From the NCBI GenBank assembly GCA_963732775.1, contig CAVTAR010000001.1, positions 627,519-691,518 on the forward strand: a stretch of 64,000 bases of DNA, in the 5' to 3' direction. Of this stretch, positions 57,243 to 64,000 are shown one piece after another. Made by a program: the position numbers and the translations under genes. The DNA is from an uncultured Pseudomonadota bacterium. GTDB taxonomy: Bacteria > Pseudomonadota > Alphaproteobacteria > Acetobacterales > Acetobacteraceae. How positions within the stretch are numbered: the stretch's first letter is position 1; the number at the start of each line of letters is the position of its first letter. Under the pieces are notes generated by a model that worked only from the letters and a program-made list of their open reading frames with translations, did not search any database and was not told the origin of the DNA.

Positions 57243-59216
57243 ATGGGACCGCTCGACGTCGTCACCATCGGACGCTCCTCGGTGGATCTCTACGGCCAGC
57301 AGGTGGGCGGCCGGTTGGAGGACATGGCGAGCTTCTCCAAGGCGGTCGGCGGCTGCCCCACCAACATCGCCATCGGCACCGCGCGCCTGGGCTTGCGATC
57401 CGCGGTCATCACCCGCGTCGGCGACGAGCACATGGGCCGCTTCATCCGCGAGCAGCTGCTCCGCGAGGGCGTCGAGGTCGGCGGCGTGCACACCGACCCC
57501 GCGCGGCTGACGGCGCTCGTGCTGCTCGGCGTGCGCGACGAGCACTCGTTCCCGCTCATCTTCTACCGCGCCGATTGCGCCGACGCGGCGCTCGACGAGG
57601 GCGACATCGACCCGGCCCTCGTCGCACGCGCGGCCGCGGTGCTCGTCACCGGCACGCATTTCGCCCGCCCGGCGGCGGCGGCGGCGCAGCTGCGCGCAAT
57701 CACCCTGGCGCGCGCGAAGGGCGGGTGCGTGGTCTTCGACATCGACTATCGCCCGAACCTGTGGGGCCTCGCCGGGCACGGCGCGGGCGAGAGCCGCTAC
57801 CTGCGCTCGGCCGGGGTCACGGCGCTGCTCGCCCCGGTGCTGCCGCTGTGCGACCTGATCGTCGGCACCGAGGAGGAGTTCCACATCGCCGGCGGCGCCG
57901 AGGATACGCTCGCCGCGTTGCGCGCGGCGCGTGCCGCGAGCCGGGCGACGCTGGTGTGCAAGCGCGGGCCGATGGGCTGCCTGGTATTCCCCGGCGAGAT
58001 CCCGGACCGGCTCGAGGACGGCATCCGCGGCCCCGGCTTTCCGGTGGAGGTCTACAACGTGCTGGGCGCGGGCGACGCCTTCATGTCGGGCTTCCTGCGC
58101 GGCTGGCTGCGGGACGAGACGCTGGAGACCTGCTGCGCCTGGGCCAACGCGTGCGGCGCGTTCGCCGTCTCGCGCCTGCTGTGCTCGCCGGAGAGCCCGA
58201 CCTGGACCGAGCTGCAGCACTTCCTCCGCCACGGCAGCGCGCACCTTGCGTTGCGCCACGATGCCGCGCTGAACCACGTCCACTGGGCGACCACGCGGCG
58301 CCCGCAACCCGGGACGGTGATGGCGCTCGCGATCGACCACCGCGCGCAGCTCGCGAGCCTCGATGGCGCGACGCCGGAGCGGATCGCGGCCTTCAAGGGC
58401 CTGGCGCTGGATGCCGCCTTGCGGGTGGCGGGCGGGCGGCCCGGCTTCGGCATGTTGCTCGACGGCACCTATGGCCGCGCGGCGCTGTTGCGGGCGGCCG
58501 GCACGGAGGCGACCGGCACGGAGGCGACCGGCACGGAGGCGACCGGCACGGAGGCAACCGGCACAGAGGCGACCGGCACGGCGTTGTGGGTCGCGCGCCC
58601 GGTGGAGCGGCCCGGCAGCCGGCCGCTCGACTTCGACGGCATGGACAGCCTGGCCGCCCACCTCGCGGAATGGCCGGTGACGCAGACCGTGAAGTGCCTG
58701 TGCTTCTATCACCCGGACGACCCGCCCGAGCTGCGCGAGCGCCAGGAGCGCGAGCTGCGGCGGCTGTTCGAGGCGACGCGCAGCGGCGGACGCGAGCTGC
58801 TGCTGGAGATCATCGCCGGCAAGCACGGCGCGCTGCACGACGATACCGTGGCGCGGGTGGTCGCGCGGCTGTATGCCATCGGCATCCGGCCGGACTGGTG
58901 GAAGCTGGAGCCGCAGCCGGGCGCCGCGGCGTGGCGTGCGGTCGGCGATGCGGTGCGGGCCGGCGACGCGTTCTGCCGCGGCATCCTGGTGCTGGGGCTG
59001 GAGGCGCCAATCGGCGCGTTTTCGCGCGTGTTCCGGGAGGCGGCGGGCGAACCGCTGGTGCGCGGCTTCGCGATCGGGCGCACCATCTTCGGCGCGGCGG
59101 CGGCGTCCTGGCTTGCGGGGCGGATCGACGATGCAACGGCGACGGACGCCATGGCCCGCCGCTTCGCCGAACTGGTCGAGGCCTGGCAGGCAGCCCGTCG
59201 CGACGCGGCGGCGTAG
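57243..59216 (+). CDS. iolC: 5-dehydro-2-deoxygluconokinase fused to a DUF2090-type (putative aldolase) domain
   Basis: PfkB kinase N-terminal half (VVTIGRSSVDLYG ... VLGAGDAFMSGFL). C-terminal half is typical of alphaproteobacterial long IolC. (GTEAT)x5 insert at the junction. Confidence 0.88.
   Translation: MGPLDVVTIGRSSVDLYGQQVGGRLEDMASFSKAVGGCPTNIAIGTARLGLRSAVITRVGDEHMGRFIREQLLREGVEVGGVHTDPARLTALVLLGVRDEHSFPLIFYRADCADAALDEGDIDPALVARAAAVLVTGTHFARPAAAAAQLRAITLARAKGGCVVFDIDYRPNLWGLAGHGAGESRYLRSAGVTALLAPVLPLCDLIVGTEEEFHIAGGAEDTLAALRAARAASRATLVCKRGPMGCLVFPGEIPDRLEDGIRGPGFPVEVYNVLGAGDAFMSGFLRGWLRDETLETCCAWANACGAFAVSRLLCSPESPTWTELQHFLRHGSAHLALRHDAALNHVHWATTRRPQPGTVMALAIDHRAQLASLDGATPERIAAFKGLALDAALRVAGGRPGFGMLLDGTYGRAALLRAAGTEATGTEATGTEATGTEATGTEATGTALWVARPVERPGSRPLDFDGMDSLAAHLAEWPVTQTVKCLCFYHPDDPPELRERQERELRRLFEATRSGGRELLLEIIAGKHGALHDDTVARVVARLYAIGIRPDWWKLEPQPGAAAWRAVGDAVRAGDAFCRGILVLGLEAPIGAFSRVFREAAGEPLVRGFAIGRTIFGAAAASWLAGRIDDATATDAMARRFAELVEAWQAARRDAAA
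58500..58574 (+). repeat. 5 x 15-bp in-frame tandem repeat (ggcacggaggcgacc; GTEAT)
   Basis: Units start at 58500, 58515, 58530, 58545 and 58560, with single substitutions in units 4 and 5. A partial sixth unit follows. Confidence 0.95.
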
Positions 59217-59227
59217 GGGGGGAAAGG

Positions 59228-61081
59228 ATGAACGGGCAATCCGTGCGGATGACGACGGCGCAGGCGCTGGTGCAGGCCATGGCGGCGCAGCGGACCGTCG
59301 TCGACGGGCGCACCGTGCGACTGTTCGAGGGCGTCTGGGCGATTTTCGGCCATGGCAACGTCGCCGGCATGGGCGAGGCGCTGCATGCCGCCGGCGACGC
59401 GCTGCCGACCTTGCGGGCGCACAACGAGCAGGCGATGGCGCACGCGGCCGTGGGCTTCGCCAAGGCGGCCCGGCGGCGCCGCATGATGGCCGTCACCACC
59501 TCGATCGGGCCGGGCGCCACCAACCTCGTCACCGCGGCGGCGGCGGCGCACGTCAACCGCCTGCCGGTGCTGCTGCTGCCCGGCGACGTGTTCGCCGGCC
59601 GCCGCCCGGACCCGGTGCTGCAGCAGGTCGAGGACTTCTCCGACGGCACCGTGACCGCCAATGACTGCCTGCGGCCGGTCAGCCGCTACTTCGACCGCCT
59701 CACCCGCCCCGAGCAGCTGGTCCCGGCGTTCGCCCGCGCGATGGCGGTGCTGACCGACCCCGCGGAGTGCGGGCCGGTGACGCTCGCCCTGTGCCAGGAC
59801 GTGCAGGCGCAGGCCTACGACTTCCCCGCGCACCTGTTCGAGGAGCGGGTCTGGGCGCCGCGCCGGCCGCCGCCGGACGAGGCGGAACTGGCCGCCTCCG
59901 TCGCCCTGCTGCGCGCCGCCCGCCGCCCCATGGTGATCGCCGGCGGTGGGGTGCTGTACTCGGAGGCCGAGCCGGCGCTGCGCGATTTCTGCCAGGCGCG
60001 CGGGATTCCCGTCGCCGAGACCCAGGCCGGCAAGTCGAGCCTGCCGGACGATCACGCCATGAACCTGGGCGCGCTCGGCGTGACCGGCACGGCGGCGGCC
60101 AATGCGCTCGCCGGGGAGGCGGACCTGCTGCTCGCCGTCGGCACGCGGCTCGCCGACTTCACCACCGGCTCGTGGTCGCTGTTCCGCGATCCGGGGCGGC
60201 GCATCGTCGGCCTGAACGTGCAGCCGTTCGACGCCGGCAAGCACCGCGCGCAACCGCTGGTCGCCGACGCGCGGGCCGGGCTTGCCGCACTGGACGCCGC
60301 ACTCGGCGACTGGCGCGCCCCGGCGGCCTGGACCGCGCGGGGGGGCGAGGCGACACGGGCATGGCAAGCCGAGGCGGCCCGCTACACGGCGGCGGGCAAC
60401 GCCGAGCTGCCGAGCGACGCGCAGGTGATCGGCGCGCTGCAACGCGGCGCGCAGCCGAGCGACGTAGTGGTGGGCGCCGCCGGCGGCCTGCCCGGGGAGC
60501 TGCACAAGCTGTGGCGGACCCGGCAATCGGGCGGCTACCACATGGAATACGGCTACTCGACGATGGGCTACGAGATCGCGGGTGCGCTCGGCGTGAAGCT
60601 GGCCGATTCCTCGCGGGAGGTGTTCGTGCTGCTGGGCGACGGCTCCTACCTGATGATGAACAGCGAGATCGCCACCTCGGTGATGCTGGGCCTGAAGCTC
60701 ACGATCGTGGTGCTGGACAATCGCGGCTTCGCCTGCATCAACCGGCTGCAGCTCGCGTGCGGGGGGGCGAGCTTCAACAACCTGCTGGCGACCGCGCGCC
60801 ACGCGACGCTGCCGGCGATCGACTTCGCTGGCAACGCCCGCAGCCTGGGCGCCGTGGCGCACCATCTGCGCGGCATCGGCGAGCTGGAGCAGGCGCTGCG
60901 CGCGGCGCGCGACGAGCCGAGCACCACGGTGCTGGTGATCGACACCGACCCGATGCTGGCCACCGACGCGGGCGGCCATTGGTGGGACGTGGCGGTGCCG
61001 GAAGTGTCCGCGCGCGAGGAGGTGCGGGCGGCGCGCGCGCGCTACGAGGCGGCGCTGCTGGCGCAGGATGCGGGGGCGTGA
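59228..61081 (+). CDS. iolD: 3D-(3,5/4)-trihydroxycyclohexane-1,2-dione acylhydrolase (ThDP-dependent)
   Basis: ATG at 59228. IFGHGNVAG, ThDP motif LLGDGSYLMMNSE. 617 aa. Position between iolC and iolE. Confidence 0.9.
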   Translation: MNGQSVRMTTAQALVQAMAAQRTVVDGRTVRLFEGVWAIFGHGNVAGMGEALHAAGDALPTLRAHNEQAMAHAAVGFAKAARRRRMMAVTTSIGPGATNLVTAAAAAHVNRLPVLLLPGDVFAGRRPDPVLQQVEDFSDGTVTANDCLRPVSRYFDRLTRPEQLVPAFARAMAVLTDPAECGPVTLALCQDVQAQAYDFPAHLFEERVWAPRRPPPDEAELAASVALLRAARRPMVIAGGGVLYSEAEPALRDFCQARGIPVAETQAGKSSLPDDHAMNLGALGVTGTAAANALAGEADLLLAVGTRLADFTTGSWSLFRDPGRRIVGLNVQPFDAGKHRAQPLVADARAGLAALDAALGDWRAPAAWTARGGEATRAWQAEAARYTAAGNAELPSDAQVIGALQRGAQPSDVVVGAAGGLPGELHKLWRTRQSGGYHMEYGYSTMGYEIAGALGVKLADSSREVFVLLGDGSYLMMNSEIATSVMLGLKLTIVVLDNRGFACINRLQLACGGASFNNLLATARHATLPAIDFAGNARSLGAVAHHLRGIGELEQALRAARDEPSTTVLVIDTDPMLATDAGGHWWDVAVPEVSAREEVRAARARYEAALLAQDAGA

Positions 61082-61956
61082 TCCGCCTCGGCGCCAACCC
61101 GATCGGCTGGTCCAACGACGACCTGCGCACGCTGGGCGGGGATACGCCGCTCGAGACGTGCCTTGCCGAGGCGCGCGAGGCGGGGTTCGAGGGCATGGAG
61201 CTCGGCCACAAGTTTCCCCGCGAGGCCGCGGCGCTGCGGGCGGCGCTCGCCCCGTTCGGGCTGGCCTGCGTCAGCGGCTGGCACTCCGCCGCCCTGCTGG
61301 AGCGCGATGCGGATGCCGAACTCGCGGCGATGCGCCCGCACCTCGAGCTGCTGCGCGCGATGGGCTGCGCGGTCGTGGTGGTCGCCGAGACCTCCCAGGC
61401 GATTCACGGCGACATCGACGCGCCGCTGTCGCGCCGCCCGGTGCTGGCCGCCGGGCGCTGGCCGGAGTTCGGCGCGCGGCTGACGCAGCTGGCGGAGGCG
61501 ACGCTGCGCGACGGCCTGCGGCTGGTGTATCACCACCACATGGGCACCGTGGTGCAGGACGAGGCCGACGTCCACGCGCTGATGGCGCACACCGGCGAGG
61601 CGGTCCACCTGCTGCTCGACACCGGGCACGCGACCTGGGGGGGCGCCGATCCGGTGGCGCTCGCCGCGCGGTATCGCGCGCGCATCAGCCACGTCCACGC
61701 GAAGGACGTGCGCGCCGATGTGATGCAGCGCGCGGGTGCCGCGGACTGGAGCTTCCTGCGCAGCGTGGTGGAGGGCGTCTACACCGTGCCCGGCGACGGC
61801 TGCGTCGACTACCCCGCCGTGTTCGCGGCCCTCCCCGGCTACGCGGGCTGGGTGGTGGTGGAGGCCGAGCAGGACCCGGCGCGGGCCAACCCGTTGCAGT
61901 ACGCGAGGCTGGGGTGCGCGAACCTGCGGCGGTATCTGGCGGATGCGGGGCGATGA
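61078..61956 (+). CDS. iolE: myo-inosose-2 dehydratase
   Basis: GTG at 61078 overlaps the iolD stop. IRLGANPIGWSNDD N-terminus and a TIM-barrel pattern typical of IolE. Confidence 0.88.
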   Translation: MIRLGANPIGWSNDDLRTLGGDTPLETCLAEAREAGFEGMELGHKFPREAAALRAALAPFGLACVSGWHSAALLERDADAELAAMRPHLELLRAMGCAVVVVAETSQAIHGDIDAPLSRRPVLAAGRWPEFGARLTQLAEATLRDGLRLVYHHHMGTVVQDEADVHALMAHTGEAVHLLLDTGHATWGGADPVALAARYRARISHVHAKDVRADVMQRAGAADWSFLRSVVEGVYTVPGDGCVDYPAVFAALPGYAGWVVVEAEQDPARANPLQYARLGCANLRRYLADAGR

Positions 61957-61963
61957 GGCGGCC

Positions 61964-62784
61964 ATGAGCCTTCTGGTCCATGCCGCCCCGCCCGACGCCG
62001 ATGGCGCGATCCAGCGCGTGACGCCGCAGGGTGCCGGGTGGCGCTACGTCGGGTTCGAGGTGTTCGCACTCGCCCCCGGCCAGGGGGTCGCGCGCGAGAC
62101 CGGGGGCATGGAGGTGTGCCTCGTGCTGGTGTCCGGCCGCGCCGACATCGCCGCCTCGGGCCAAAGCTTCGGCGTGCTCGGTGGGCGCGAGAGCCCGTTC
62201 GAGGGCGCGCCGTGGTCGCTCTACGTGCCGGCCGGTTCCGGATGGCGCGCCACCGCCGTCGGCGCCTGCGAACTCGCCGTCTGCGCCGCGCCGGCCCGGG
62301 GCACGCTGCCCGCCCGCGTGATCCCGCCCGGGGAGGTCGGCAGCGAGCGGCGCGGCCACGGCACCAACGCGCGCGAGATCCGCAACATCCTGCCGGACAC
62401 CGGCGCCGCGGAAGCCCTGCTGGTGGTGGAAGTCGTGACGCCTGGCGGCCACTGGTCCAGCTATCCGCCGCACAAGCACGACACCGACGACTTTCCGCGC
62501 GAGACCTATCTGGAGGAGACGTACTATCACCGCCTCGCGGACCCGCGCGGCTTCGCGGTGCAGCGGGTGTACACCGAGGACGGGTCGCTCGACGAGACGA
62601 TGGCGGTGCGCGACCGCGACGTGGTGCTGGTGCCGCGCGGCTATCATCCGGTCGGCGCGCCGCACGGCTTCGACCTCTACTACCTCAACGTGATGGCCGG
62701 CCCGGTGCGCGCCTGGCGCTTCACCGTGTCGCCCGACCACGCGCACCTGGGCTGGCACTCCAGCCCCACCACGGAGACCGCGTC

Positions 62785-62788
<4 letters not shown>
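61964..62788 (+). CDS. iolB: 5-deoxy-glucuronate isomerase
   Basis: ATG at 61964. Cupin core [12 protein letters not shown] ... EETYYH typical of IolB. Confidence 0.88.

Positions 62789-64000
<1,212 letters not shown>

Noticed and set aside
56616-60979. 740-aa and 756-aa minus-strand ORFs over iolC and iolD
   Set aside because: They are antisense to two genes with clear PfkB and ThDP motifs, and they are R/A/G-rich shadows.

Overview
This is a 64 kb, very GC-rich, gene-dense chromosomal segment (GC looks like 70% or more by eye; not computed). Gene content looks alphaproteobacterial, possibly Rhodospirillales or Acetobacteraceae-like, but that is an inference. I ran no searches, so every call rests on motifs I recognise in the supplied translations and on my own reading of the DNA. 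Start codons are approximate wherever several candidates exist.

Contents in order:
- A partial MsbA-like ABC exporter.
- A small protein built from a 21-bp tandem (heptad) repeat.
- GNAT, LysE and a split chromate-transporter pair.
- CHAP, RidA and a CoxG-like gene with two unknown genes.
- AcuC-like deacetylase, DUF192 and a hypothetical gene.
- tRNA-Pro, an NDUFS4-like gene and tRNA-Arg.
- An orphan BMP-type binding protein.
- A frameshifted glycine-zipper lipoprotein and a DAO-type oxidase.
- A 701-aa beta-helix repeat protein next to a PAS hybrid histidine kinase.
- A 12.4 kb minus-strand sugar or polyol operon: SorC regulator, CUT1 ABC transporter, two FGGY kinases, a 2-hydroxyacid dehydrogenase, a class II aldolase and a HAD-IIA hydrolase. 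Three of its genes are heavily disrupted while their neighbours are intact.
- A BMP-type ABC transporter operon split by an opposite-strand gene for an Ala/Asp/His-rich secreted protein.
- A glyoxal/galactose-oxidase-like enzyme, an M24 peptidase and an ICMT-family methyltransferase.
- A phosphonoacetaldehyde hydrolase module with a FAD oxidase and a class III aminotransferase-fold enzyme but no phnW.
- An IS5-family element inserted into a nested-palindrome REP-like repeat. Four copies of this repeat family lie in the window.
- ccmCDEFGHI, with ccmF carrying a 1-nt frameshift.
- YciI and EVE genes.
- A MocD/E/F-like three-component oxygenase fused to an iolC-D-E-B-mmsA inositol catabolic cluster.

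I found no CRISPR array, prophage, integrase or recognisable defence system. The candidates for something undescribed are modest and are ranked honestly in the findings:
- The Ala/His-rich protein inserted into the ABC operon.
- The leaderless beta-helix protein next to the kinase.
- The phnW-less phosphonate module.
- The moc-iol hybrid cluster.
- The patchily decayed sugar operon.
- The REP-like element family.
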